39,888 nucleotides of DNA from Gemmatimonadaceae bacterium (GCA_040902005.1 JBBDYA010000029.1:1-39888); one strand, 5' to 3'; positions 7,284 to 16,682 are shown, counted from the first letter of the stretch. Notes: generated by a model not told the origin, from the sequence alone. Numbers and translations: made by a program.

Positions 7284-8177
7284 TCACATCTCCACGAGAA
7301 TCAGGAACCGCGACGGCGCCCAGAACTCGTCCTTGTTCGCGATCTTCAGGGTGCCACGGAACTGCGTTCCGTCGCGCCAGTCCACCTCGGCCGCGTCGAG
7401 CGTTTGACGCGACACCACGCGATACCGCTTGGTGCTGTCCGGCATCGGGATTTCGCTGATGTCCCGCTGGTCCACCGGCTGGAAGTCCGCCACGTCCAGC
7501 ACGCGCGCCGGCTGAAGCGTCTTGCCTGGCCGCATGAACAGCAGGTTGGCGCCGCCTTCCTTCACCACCACGCCCTTGTCCATCAGCTCCTTCTCCGTGC
7601 CCACCACGTAGTACGCCTGGTAGTGCCGCGTGCCCAGCGTGCGCACCTGCACGTTCAGGCTATCGATGCTGCCTTCCAGCGACGCGATCTGGAGACGCTG
7701 CCGCTCGATGGTGGCGCCGAGGTCGGCGATCATCTGCGCGTCCTCCGCGGTCTTCGTGGCCTGCAACTCGAGCTGCGCCCGGAGCTCCACGTTCGCCACC
7801 TCGGACTCCGCGCGCTGTTTCTGCACGGTCGCGAGCTGCGTGGCCGTGTTCTTCGCGCGCGCCACCAGGGCGTCCACGCGCCCCATCATCTCCTTGCGCG
7901 CCGACACCTGGTCCTGGAGGGGACCTTCCGTGGACGCGCGACGCGCGGCGGGAAGGCCCCGCACGGTCTTGATGGCGCTGTCCATCTCCCCAAGGAACGC
8001 GTCGGCGTCCAGCACCACGCGCGTGAGGGAATCCTTCTGGGATGCGAGCTGCAGCGCCAGCGTCTGCTGCTCGGTGAGAACCGCCTGGAGGCTGTCGCCG
8101 CGGGCGACCGCCGCCGTGTCGCACGCCGCCAGGGAGAGCAGCGCTGCGACACCGAGATACCGCGTTGTGTGTGTCAT
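7284..8177 (-). CDS. Coiled-coil lipoprotein (Cbp1-like C-terminal region)
   Basis: Lipobox LAAC, long heptad-rich region, C-terminal AYYVVGTEKELMDKGVV...EFW..SRFLIL. Confidence 0.75.
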   Translation of the reverse strand: MTHTTRYLGVAALLSLAACDTAAVARGDSLQAVLTEQQTLALQLASQKDSLTRVVLDADAFLGEMDSAIKTVRGLPAARRASTEGPLQDQVSARKEMMGRVDALVARAKNTATQLATVQKQRAESEVANVELRAQLELQATKTAEDAQMIADLGATIERQRLQIASLEGSIDSLNVQVRTLGTRHYQAYYVVGTEKELMDKGVVVKEGGANLLFMRPGKTLQPARVLDVADFQPVDQRDISEIPMPDSTKRYRVVSRQTLDAAEVDWRDGTQFRGTLKIANKDEFWAPSRFLILVEM

Positions 8178-8184
8178 GGCACGA

Positions 8185-8227
8185 AGTGTAGAAGGGTACG
8201 CGCGAGCCTGTTGTGCGTTTGCTCACG
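8185..8227 (-). promoter_or_regulatory. CRP-like box plus -10 element (class II geometry, leaderless)
   Basis: TGTGC-GTTTGC-TCACG at 8212-8227. -10 TACACT at 8190-8185 gives +1 ~8178, ATG at 8177, box centre at -41.5. Confidence 0.6.
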
Positions 8228-8320
8228 TCTTCCGGTAGCTACACGGCGTACAGGACAGGGGTCCTGCCGGGTCCGTTAAGATTTGATGAAACCCGTCTTA
8301 ACCGACGATGACGCGACAGG

Positions 8321-8503
8321 GGAAGTTCTGAACAACCAAGAGGGCGGGGCGAGGTGCTCCGGCAGGCGCGAGCCAGTACCAATACTTGGACGCGAGAGAT
8401 CTCAGTAGAGATGTAAGGCTCGTGTCGGTCGTCCAAGTATTGGTACTATTGCTCGCGCCTGCCGGAACACCTCGCCCCGCCCCCTTGCTTTTTCAGAGGT
8501 TCC
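8321..8503. mobile_element. MITE-like element with ~72-bp imperfect terminal inverted arms and IS5-like ends
   Basis: Left arm GGAAGTTCTGAACAA...GTACCAATACTTGGACG (8321-8392) pairs with right arm CGTCCAAGTATTGGTAC...TTTTTCAGAGGTTCC (8430-8503), followed by CTAG. Confidence 0.7.
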
Positions 8504-10027
8504 CTAGCGCAGCGGTGCGTTCGCCTCGAAGTCGTACAGCGTGATCTGGCGCAGCCGGTAGTACGCGCCCCAGTAGGTCTTGAGCGCCTGGAGATACTGG
8601 TTCACCGCCTGGTCCTTCTCGTTCTGCGCGAGGTACAGGTTGTCGGGGCCGATGCGGCCGATGACGTACCGGTTGTACGCCACGTCGAACCGCTTCTGCG
8701 CCACCGTGTCTGTCAGCGCCGAGAGCGCCACGTTCCGCCTGGCCTGCACGAGCTGGAGCGCCGCGAAGTGCGCTTCCTGAATCAGCTGCTCGCGGCCGGC
8801 GCGCGCGTTCGCCTCCACCCGACGCTCCTCCAGCCGCGCGGCCTGGACGTCCGCGCCGCGCGACCCCCAGCTGATGAGCGGAATGTTCACCCCGACCACC
8901 AGGTCCTGGGATTGCAGCAGGTCCTGATACGCCAGCCCCATGTCGGGCGCGGTCTGGTTGAAGCCGACGCCCGCGCTGATGCTCGCGCCGGGCCCGCCAG
9001 CCAGCCGGGCCTCTGCCACCCCCCGCCTGGCCTGGAGCGCCTGCAACTCGAGCTGGGTGATCTGGGCCCGGTTGCGCAGCGCCTGCGTGACGGCCGTGGT
9101 GGTGTCTGGCTCCACCACCGGGATGTCGGCTGGGATGACGACGTCCACCTCCGAACCCGCCGGCAGGTTCACCGCCAGACGGAACTGCGCCAGCGCGCGA
9201 TCGTAATCCAGTCGCGCATTCTCCAGCGCCGCGCGCGTGCGCAGCAGCGCCAGCTCGCTCTGCAGCAGGTCGTTCTCGCCGATCTTGCCGATCTCCAGGC
9301 GACCCTTGTTCAGGTTGTAGAGCGTGTCGTTCGTGGCGGCGTTGGCGATGGCGTAGCCCAGCGTGCGCTTGGCGATGTAGAAATCGAAGAAGGCGTTGCT
9401 CGTCGCCATCGCCACCGCCTCGCGCGCCTCCAGGTACTCGCGCTCGGCCGCCGTGGCGCGCACGTCCTGGAGCCGGTTGTCCCAGCGCATGGCGTTCGGC
9501 CGCAGGATGGGCTGCTCCACGCGGAAGAACACGGGCGTGGACGACCAGGAGAGCGTCTGAAGCGTTCCGCCGGTGCGCTGGTAGCGCTGGAGCGCCGACG
9601 TGACCGAGACGCTCGCGCCGGTCAGGGGAATTCGCTGCGTGACCGTCATCCCCGCCCGGGAGGTCATCTGCTGGACGGGAACGAACTCCGTGGACCCGTC
9701 CGGCTGGATCACCGGCGAGATGGTCTTCTGGAAGCGTGGCGCCTCGCCCGACAGCGACACCTGGGGCAGGTTTCGTCCGCCGAACGCATCGTCGCGCGAG
9801 CGCGCCGCATCGCGTGACGCGACCGCCGCCGCCGCCTGATAGCCCTGCTTCTGCGCGAGGTCGATCGCCTGCTGGAGCGTGAGCGTCTGCTGCGCACCCG
9901 CGACGCCCGCCACGAGGAGCATCCCGAGGCAGGCCGAGAACCGTAAACCGACCCGGCGCGCAGCGCCGGCCGAGAACGGCTTGTGGCGCGCAGCGCCGGC
10001 AGCGCCGGCCATGAACTCCTTCATCAT
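8504..10027 (-). CDS. TolC family outer membrane efflux protein
   Basis: Signal peptide, LTLQQAIDLA, two OEP repeats, C-terminal AYYRLRQITLYDF. Start ATG overlaps the permease TGA; exact start uncertain. Confidence 0.9.
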   Translation of the reverse strand: MMKEFMAGAAGAARHKPFSAGAARRVGLRFSACLGMLLVAGVAGAQQTLTLQQAIDLAQKQGYQAAAAVASRDAARSRDDAFGGRNLPQVSLSGEAPRFQKTISPVIQPDGSTEFVPVQQMTSRAGMTVTQRIPLTGASVSVTSALQRYQRTGGTLQTLSWSSTPVFFRVEQPILRPNAMRWDNRLQDVRATAAEREYLEAREAVAMATSNAFFDFYIAKRTLGYAIANAATNDTLYNLNKGRLEIGKIGENDLLQSELALLRTRAALENARLDYDRALAQFRLAVNLPAGSEVDVVIPADIPVVEPDTTTAVTQALRNRAQITQLELQALQARRGVAEARLAGGPGASISAGVGFNQTAPDMGLAYQDLLQSQDLVVGVNIPLISWGSRGADVQAARLEERRVEANARAGREQLIQEAHFAALQLVQARRNVALSALTDTVAQKRFDVAYNRYVIGRIGPDNLYLAQNEKDQAVNQYLQALKTYWGAYYRLRQITLYDFEANAPLR

Positions 10028-11424
10028 TCGTACCTCAAACACACCACAGGATCCTGGCGCGCGGCCCGATACGCCGGGACGATCCCGAACGCCACGCCCA
10101 CCGTGAACGACACTCCAAACGCGACGAGCACCGACAGGTACGACACGATGGTCGTGATCCCCGCAAACTGCTCGATCCCCAGACTCAACCCACCCCCCAC
10201 CATGATCCCGGCCACGCCGCCGGCCACGCTGATCAGCACCGCCTCGCTCAGGAACTGGAAGAGGATGTCCTTTTGCGTGGCGCCCAGCGCCCGGCGCACG
10301 CCGATCTCCCTGATCCGCTCCAGCACCGAGGCGAGCATGATGTTCATGATCCCGATGCCGCCCACGATCAGGGAGATGGACGCGATCGCGCCGAGCACGA
10401 TGTTGAAGATCGTCTTGGTGCGCTGCTCCTGCTTGAGCAGCAGTTCGGGCACCGTGATCTCGAAATCCACCATCGTGTTGTGCCGGCGTTGGAGCATGCG
10501 GCGGGTCGCCTCCGCCACGGCGGGCACGTAGCGGGAGTCGCCCACGCGCACGATGATCTTGTCCAGCTGGTTGCGATTCATGCGCTCCGAGCGTGCCGTC
10601 TCGGATTCCTCTTCCGTGCCTGCCTCCACGAACGTGCCCGGTCGCGACGCCAGCTCGATGTCGCGCTGCGTGACCTTCGCCCGGTTCCGGTAGCGCGTGA
10701 TCACCGTGTGGATCGGGACGTAGACGTCCATGTTCGCGTCCCGGATGCCCAGGCGCGACGAGGTTTCGCTGGAGACCTGCCGGTCGGCCAGGACCCCCAC
10801 CACCGTGAGCCACGTGTCGCCCACCTTGAGCGGCTTGCCGATCGGGTCTTCCGTGGTGAAGAAGCGCGCCCGCACGCCTCGGCCGATGAGCGCCACCGGG
10901 CGCCCCTGCGCCACCTGCGCTTCGGTGAACCAGCTCCCGCGGCTGAGCAACAGGTTGTTCAGCCGGAAGTATGTGGTGTCCACGCCCACCAGCTTGCCCG
11001 ACCGCCGCTGCCCCTCACGCATGACCATGGTGTTCAGCACCACTTCGCCGCTGGTGACCTCCACTTCCGGGATCACATTGGCGATCGCGACGGCGTCGGA
11101 GTAGGTGAGCCCGGGCGAGTACTTCTTCACCGTCTTCGTCTCGTCCTCTTCTTCGGCGTTGCCTTCCTTCTGCTCCACCAGCGGCGTGATGATGATGTTG
11201 TTCGACCCCAGCAGCCGCATCTGCTCCAGGATTTCCTGCTCGGCGCCCTTGCCGATGGCCAGCATCGCGATCACGGAGGCCACGCCAAAGAGAATGCCCA
11301 GGGAGGTGAGTCCGGCGCGCAGCTTGTTGTGTCCTACGGCCACGACCGCGATGCGCATGCTGAACAGCAGGTGCGCGACGAACTCCCCGCGGACCTTCGC
11401 GAGCCGTTCCAGGTGCTTCCGCAT
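10024..11424 (-). CDS. MacB-like ABC transporter permease (MacB_PCD + FtsX), no NBD
   Basis: LTSLGILFGVASVIAMLAIGKG, IASISLIVGGIGIMNIMLASVLERIREIGVRRALGA, PAYRAARQDPV. Confidence 0.93.
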   Translation of the reverse strand: MRKHLERLAKVRGEFVAHLLFSMRIAVVAVGHNKLRAGLTSLGILFGVASVIAMLAIGKGAEQEILEQMRLLGSNNIIITPLVEQKEGNAEEEDETKTVKKYSPGLTYSDAVAIANVIPEVEVTSGEVVLNTMVMREGQRRSGKLVGVDTTYFRLNNLLLSRGSWFTEAQVAQGRPVALIGRGVRARFFTTEDPIGKPLKVGDTWLTVVGVLADRQVSSETSSRLGIRDANMDVYVPIHTVITRYRNRAKVTQRDIELASRPGTFVEAGTEEESETARSERMNRNQLDKIIVRVGDSRYVPAVAEATRRMLQRRHNTMVDFEITVPELLLKQEQRTKTIFNIVLGAIASISLIVGGIGIMNIMLASVLERIREIGVRRALGATQKDILFQFLSEAVLISVAGGVAGIMVGGGLSLGIEQFAGITTIVSYLSVLVAFGVSFTVGVAFGIVPAYRAARQDPVVCLRYE

Positions 11425-11426
11425 GA

Positions 11427-12827
11427 TCAGCGGGGTGAGGGGGCCGGTGAACGCACCGTGGGCGTGGTGGCCGGCGGGACCAGCGCGGCCGGGGTGACCG
11501 GCTTCTGCTCGCCCTGAAGCGTGGTGGGGCGGGCGGAGTCGCCGCCGAACGTGTCCGGCTTGAGCGACGGACCCTCGAGCCGCACGACCTTCAGCGTCTC
11601 CCGGTTCGCGGGGGGGGCCAGCAGCACGCGGTCATTCTCGTCCAGGCCGCGCAGCACCACCACCTCGTCGTCGCTCATGGTGCCGGTCTCGATCTCCTGC
11701 CGCACGACGCCCGAGCCGCTCATCTTGTAGACACTCGTCATGACGCTGTCCGCGGACACCGCCTCGATGGGGATGTAGAGCGCGTCAGGAATCCGGAACG
11801 TCTGGATGGCGTTCGAGGTGGTCATGCCGGGGCGGAGCGTGGTGTCCGTTACCGTCAGCAACACCTTCACCTCGAAGACCTTGGAGTCCGTGTTGGGGCG
11901 CTGCTCACCCACGTTGGCCACTTCCGTCACCTTGCCGGCGAGCTGCTTGGTGGGATCGGAATCGAGCGAGATCTTCACCTCCTGCCCCACCGCGATCTTC
12001 CGGATGTCGATTTCGTTGACGTACGTCTGCGATTCCATCTCGGTCAGATCCGGAAGCGTAGCGACCGTGGGATCCCACGGGCTTACCTGCGAACCCACCG
12101 CCTTCTTCTTCCCGTTCCATTCCTTCTGGTAGATCACCATGCCCGGCGCGGGCGCGCGCACGGTGAAGTTCATCATCACGTCGCGCACGACCGTCACCAG
12201 GTTGCGCTGGCGCTCCAGGTCCGCGCCCACCTCGCGCATCTTGGCCTGGGCCTGGCTGGTCTTGGTGACGTAGTCCTTCTTCGCCTGCTCCAGCGCACGC
12301 TGCGCCTTCTCGTATTCGATCTCCGCCTGCCGCTTGACCGTGGGCGCCTCGTAGACCGCCTGCTCCTTGGCGAGCTGCTTCTCCTCGAGTCCCAGCTCCA
12401 TCGTGCGCATCGCCTCGCGGGCCGTGGACAGGTTCAGCGTGGAATCCAGCATGGCCTGCTCGTTCACGGCCTCGGCCTTTTGGAACGCGAGCGTGACCTC
12501 GCTCAGGCGGGCTGCCACGGTGGAGCGGTCCAGCTCCGCCACGACGTCTCCTTCCTTCACGATCGTCCCCTCCGGGATGATCGACGCAATCCGCATCTGG
12601 TATTGATTGGCCTGCTGAGCGTTCGCCGGGCCTGTGATGTTCACGAACTTCTTGGCGCGCAGCTCGCCGGAGGTCGTCACGATCACGTTGAACTCCCCCT
12701 TCTTCACGCGGGCCACCAGGGAGTTGTCGTCACCCGCGGAATCGCGAGCCATGAGCCACGCGCCGGGAACGGCAAGCATCAGGGCAACGGCGCCTACGAT
12801 GAACCAGCGATTGCGAATGATGCGCAT
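11427..12827 (-). CDS. Periplasmic adaptor (MacA-like membrane fusion protein)
   Basis: N-terminal TM, EGTIVKEGDVVAELD, coiled hairpin, VRAPAPGMV, VNEIDIRKI..GQ, LRPGMT. Confidence 0.92.
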   Translation of the reverse strand: MRIIRNRWFIVGAVALMLAVPGAWLMARDSAGDDNSLVARVKKGEFNVIVTTSGELRAKKFVNITGPANAQQANQYQMRIASIIPEGTIVKEGDVVAELDRSTVAARLSEVTLAFQKAEAVNEQAMLDSTLNLSTAREAMRTMELGLEEKQLAKEQAVYEAPTVKRQAEIEYEKAQRALEQAKKDYVTKTSQAQAKMREVGADLERQRNLVTVVRDVMMNFTVRAPAPGMVIYQKEWNGKKKAVGSQVSPWDPTVATLPDLTEMESQTYVNEIDIRKIAVGQEVKISLDSDPTKQLAGKVTEVANVGEQRPNTDSKVFEVKVLLTVTDTTLRPGMTTSNAIQTFRIPDALYIPIEAVSADSVMTSVYKMSGSGVVRQEIETGTMSDDEVVVLRGLDENDRVLLAPPANRETLKVVRLEGPSLKPDTFGGDSARPTTLQGEQKPVTPAALVPPATTPTVRSPAPSPR

Positions 12828-13110
12828 AGTCGGAGCGGGCAGGGCGTGAATGGCGGGAGCGACGGGTCGGCGCTGATGTAAGACACATCAGACGGGCAAA
12901 TCGTTGGCTCTGGCCGAATTACAGACTGGGCCGCGGTGATGGTCGCCGCAACGCCCTTAATGAACACGTAATCGTGCCTACATCCCTAGACGGCCAGCCT
13001 ATCCCGAGGGTTTCGGAGGTCAGGGCGCTTTTCAGCACAATTTCCGCCGTGGTGAACTGCCCGGTCCGCCCTGATTCAGCGACAAACGTGTGTCCCGCCT
13101 TGGTGACGCG

Positions 13111-13126
13111 TGTGAGCACAGTCACA
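13111..13126. promoter_or_regulatory. Perfect CRP consensus box in divergent intergenic region
   Basis: TGTGA-GCACAG-TCACA between the efflux operon and the lipoprotein gene. Confidence 0.7.
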
Positions 13127-13237
13127 GCCTCAAATCACTGTAACCGTAATCCATGAAAGGAGTTAGGTTTATCGGGCACATCGGCACGTCCGACGCAGTA
13201 GTACCCGGAAGCAGTCCCTCTTCCACAAGGAAATCGA

Positions 13238-13945
13238 ATGCGTAATCACACGAGCGGCAGGGTGGCCATCCGTCATGCGGCCATCGCGGCCGTGCTCGCC
13301 ATTTCAGCCGGCTGCGGCGGCAAGCACTATCTCGCGCAGTACGAGTTCTCCGATCGCACCCTGGGGCTGGTTTACATCGAGCCGCCCTCACCGGAATTGC
13401 TTCATGGCTGGTACAACGTGGACGTGGGCAACAGTGCGCTCCAGACCGTGGTGAACGCCGGGGCGAGCGTTGCCAAGGAGGTCCAGGCCCGTCGGGCACG
13501 CGCGCGGCTGGACTCGGCGGTGGCCTCGGTAGACATCTCGGGGCGACTGGCGCAGCGCACGCTGGAGCGCGCCAGCCGGTACCTGGGCACGCGGCCGGTA
13601 GAGACTGCACAGGGGGCGGACTACGTGCTGGAGATTCACATGCGCCGCTTCGGGCTGGATGCCCGCTCGAACAACGCGGCGTATTTGTTCACGCGCGCCG
13701 AGGCAGTGCTGCTGGACCGAAAGACGGGGCGCGAGATCTGGAGCGAAGAGGTGCACGGTACCGACCGGATGACGCCGTTCGTGGTGGGGACGGCCACGGT
13801 GCCCAGCGCGGTGTTCACGGCGGCGACGTTGCACATGGTGAGCGTCGCGGAGTTCGAGCAGGCGCTGGACCAGCTGGTGACGTACACATCCAACCTGATC
13901 ACCGAGGAGCTGCGCGACAAACTGCGCGACGTCCGGGACCGTTGA
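13238..13945 (+). CDS. Hypothetical lipoprotein
   Basis: Signal peptide with SAGC lipobox, RBS-like AAGGA, GC3-biased codons. No family recognised. Confidence 0.75.
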   Translation: MRNHTSGRVAIRHAAIAAVLAISAGCGGKHYLAQYEFSDRTLGLVYIEPPSPELLHGWYNVDVGNSALQTVVNAGASVAKEVQARRARARLDSAVASVDISGRLAQRTLERASRYLGTRPVETAQGADYVLEIHMRRFGLDARSNNAAYLFTRAEAVLLDRKTGREIWSEEVHGTDRMTPFVVGTATVPSAVFTAATLHMVSVAEFEQALDQLVTYTSNLITEELRDKLRDVRDR

Positions 13946-14013
13946 CGCGGATGGCCGCGGATTTACGCGGATTTACGCGGATTTACACGGATTTACGCGG
14001 ATGGACGCGGATT
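13945..14013 (+). repeat. 10-bp tandem repeat (ACGCGGATTT/ACGCGGATGG) x7
   Basis: Starts at the stop codon of 13238-13945. Confidence 0.93.
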
Positions 14014-14121
14014 GGCTTAATGAAAAACTCATGTTGAGGTAGTGGCACCTTCACTCGCCGTCCGCACTATTCAGGGTGCCGGGCGGCTTGTGTGTTTTCT
14101 GGGGACAAGGCGGAGGTGATC

Positions 14122-16560
14122 ATGCGGGTCAGGATCGGGGCTGTCGTCGCCGTACAGCTGTTCGCACTCGCGAGCGGCGCCAGCGCGCAGATCGTGACCG
14201 GCCGGGTGGTGGACCAGGCAACCGCGACGCCGTTGTCGGGCGTGGTGGTGCTGCTGCTGGACAGTGCCGACCGCGCGACGGAGCAGTCGCTCACGAACCA
14301 GACCGGGGAGTACCGCCTGGCCGCGGCGCGCGCGGGCACGTATCGCGTGCGGATGCTGCGCATCGGGTATCGCCCCGCGACTTCCCACGCTGTCCGCCTC
14401 GCGGCGGGGCTGGAAACGGCGCTTCCCGATCTGGTCGCCGGTGCCCCGATTTCGCTGGACACCGTGCGCGTGGTTGGACGCAACCCGTGTCGCGCGGTGG
14501 GCGACGCCGCGGCGACCTTCGCCATCTGGGAACAGGCGCGCACAGTGCTGACGGCGGTGCAGCTCACCGGGCGGGCCCGCGTCGTCGGCGCCACCATGGT
14601 CACCTACCAGCGGACGCTGGACCCGGGCAGCCGGCGCGTGCGGGAGCAGCACGCCCGGATCCAGACCGGCATGGTCACGCGGCCGTGGACGTCGCTCCCG
14701 GTGGACAGTCTTCGCGCGGTGGGGTACGTCGTCGTCGATCAGCAGAACGCGACGACGTACTACGCCCCCGATCTCGACGTGCTGCTGTCCGACACGTTCG
14801 TGGCGGATCACTGCTTTCGCATCGCGCCCGGCTCGGATGCTCGGCGCGTGGGCATCGAGTTCGAGCCCACGCGCGACCGCCGCCGCGTCTCGGACATCGG
14901 CGGCACGCTCTGGCTGGATCGCGCGTCGTCAGAGCTGCAGCGGCTGGAATTCCGCTACACGAACGTGTCGGACGCCGAGCAGCGCGCGGAGGCGGGAGGC
15001 GACATGCAGTTCGCTCGGCTGGCCAACGGCGCCTGGATGATCTCCCGCTGGAACATCCGGATGCCGGTGGTGGAGGTCCGCTACGTGGCGGCCAGTGGCT
15101 ACCGGTCGCGCGCGCGCGTGCGGGAAACGCACGTGACGGGAATTCGCGTGGAGGGCGGGGCCATGGCGCTGGTGCGTCAGGGCGCGGACACCCTCTGGGC
15201 CGGCGCGCCGATGATCCTTGCGGGCACCGTGCTCGATTCCGTGGCCAACACCGCGGTGGCGGGCACGCGCGTGTCGCTCCGTGGCACCGCGCTCGAGGCC
15301 ACGACCAACCCCGCGGGGGTGTTCCGCATCCCGAACGTGCTGCCGGGCGAGTACACGCTGGACGTGCGCACGCCGCTGCTCGCGTCCGTGGGCGGATTGC
15401 ACTCGGTGCCCGTCTCCTTTGCGGACAGCGCGGCCGCCGTCACCATTCGCGTGCCCGCGATGGCGCACGTGGCGCGGTCGCTGTGTGGTGAAACGGCGGG
15501 TGGCGTCCTGGCCGGGCGAGTGTACGTCACCGGGGAGTCCTCGCCCACGCGCGACGTGAAGGTGGTGGCCGAGTGGAACGAGGTGGCGGCGCGCAGCGAG
15601 AGCGACATCACGCGTGGAGTGCTCACGCGGGCTCGGTGGCTGGAGTCCCGCACGGACGGTCGCGGGCAGTACCGGATCTGCGGCGTGCCGGTGAACACGG
15701 CGGTGGTGCTGCGCGCGCAGACGGACACGGGCGCGTCGGCACCGCTGGAACTTCAGGTGTCGGCGGGCGCGCCGCTCCTGACGGCGGACCTCACGATCGA
15801 CCAGCGGCTGGCGCTCAACGCGGTGCTGTCGGGCCACGTGCTGTCGGATTTCAACGGCGCGCCGATCATGGACGTCGAGGTCGCCATTCCGGCGCTGTCG
15901 CGGAATGCGTTCACGAACAACGAAGGCGGCTTCCGGATCGGCGACATCCCGCCTGGCGGGTATCAGGTGGTGGTGCGTCGCCTGGGTTGGCAACCGCTGC
16001 GACTGGACCTGGAGTTCGCGGCCAACCAGACCATCGAGCGGCGTCTGCTGCTCAGCCGCGTGCAGATACTGGACACGGTGGCGGTGGTGGAGAGCTTCGT
16101 GCTGCGGGACTTCGAGGAGAACCGCCGCATCGGGCTGGGGAAGTTCATCACCCGCGCCGAGCTGGAGAAGATGGAAGGGGCGAGCCTGTCGACGGTTCTC
16201 AGCGGGGTGAGTAGTCTGGGGCTGACTCGTTCCAACTCGGGGAACCACGCCTGGGTTTCCTCCAGCCGGGGCTCGCGCACCATCAATCAACGATGTTACG
16301 AGATCGAAGGCTCGTCCGCGGTGGACAGACTGCAGGGCAAGGGGTGCAAATGCTTCGCCCAGGTGTACCTGGACGGAATGCTCCTCAACTCAGGCCGCGA
16401 GAATCAGGTCGTTCCCGACATCAACAGGATCTCGCCGTCGGAAATCGAAGCAATCGAGTTCTATACCGGGGGGGCGGGTACCCCGCTCAAGTACAGCGCG
16501 CTCGACTCGCAGTGCGGCGTGCTGGTCATTCACACCCGGCGCTTCCGCAAGGATCCGTAG
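14122..16560 (+). CDS. Secreted protein with carboxypeptidase-regulatory-like repeats and C-terminal TonB plug-like domain
   Basis: RBS GGAGGT before ATG 14122. Repeated G.V.D...P..G..V / T...G.FRI motifs. C-terminal VYLDG...ISPSEIEAIEFY...CGVLVIHTR. Confidence 0.82.
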   Translation: MRVRIGAVVAVQLFALASGASAQIVTGRVVDQATATPLSGVVVLLLDSADRATEQSLTNQTGEYRLAAARAGTYRVRMLRIGYRPATSHAVRLAAGLETALPDLVAGAPISLDTVRVVGRNPCRAVGDAAATFAIWEQARTVLTAVQLTGRARVVGATMVTYQRTLDPGSRRVREQHARIQTGMVTRPWTSLPVDSLRAVGYVVVDQQNATTYYAPDLDVLLSDTFVADHCFRIAPGSDARRVGIEFEPTRDRRRVSDIGGTLWLDRASSELQRLEFRYTNVSDAEQRAEAGGDMQFARLANGAWMISRWNIRMPVVEVRYVAASGYRSRARVRETHVTGIRVEGGAMALVRQGADTLWAGAPMILAGTVLDSVANTAVAGTRVSLRGTALEATTNPAGVFRIPNVLPGEYTLDVRTPLLASVGGLHSVPVSFADSAAAVTIRVPAMAHVARSLCGETAGGVLAGRVYVTGESSPTRDVKVVAEWNEVAARSESDITRGVLTRARWLESRTDGRGQYRICGVPVNTAVVLRAQTDTGASAPLELQVSAGAPLLTADLTIDQRLALNAVLSGHVLSDFNGAPIMDVEVAIPALSRNAFTNNEGGFRIGDIPPGGYQVVVRRLGWQPLRLDLEFAANQTIERRLLLSRVQILDTVAVVESFVLRDFEENRRIGLGKFITRAELEKMEGASLSTVLSGVSSLGLTRSNSGNHAWVSSSRGSRTINQRCYEIEGSSAVDRLQGKGCKCFAQVYLDGMLLNSGRENQVVPDINRISPSEIEAIEFYTGGAGTPLKYSALDSQCGVLVIHTRRFRKDP

Positions 16561-16562
16561 GG

Positions 16563-16610
16563 GCGCGGATCTACGCGGATTACGCGGATGGACGCGGATG
16601 GACACGGATT
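16563..16610 (+). repeat. ACGCGGAT-type tandem repeat x5
   Basis: gcgcggatct-acgcggatt-acgcggatgg-acgcggatgg-acacggatt directly after stop 16560. Confidence 0.9.
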
Positions 16611-16682
16611 GGGGCTACCCGCGAAACTCCCAGGCAGAGCCGGTCGTACGGGATGGCTGAGACCCTTACCGGAGCCATCGCA

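Noticed and set aside
10028..10813. N-terminal extension of the TolC ORF to 769 aa
   Set aside because: Overlaps the permease out of frame; the signal peptide lies after 10027. The same applies to the extended ORFs for lolA, aroF, rplI, ylbF-like, vapC, DUF72 and HD-GYP.
13945..14013. Possible CRISPR array
   Set aside because: Units are 10 bp with no unique spacers, and there are no cas genes.
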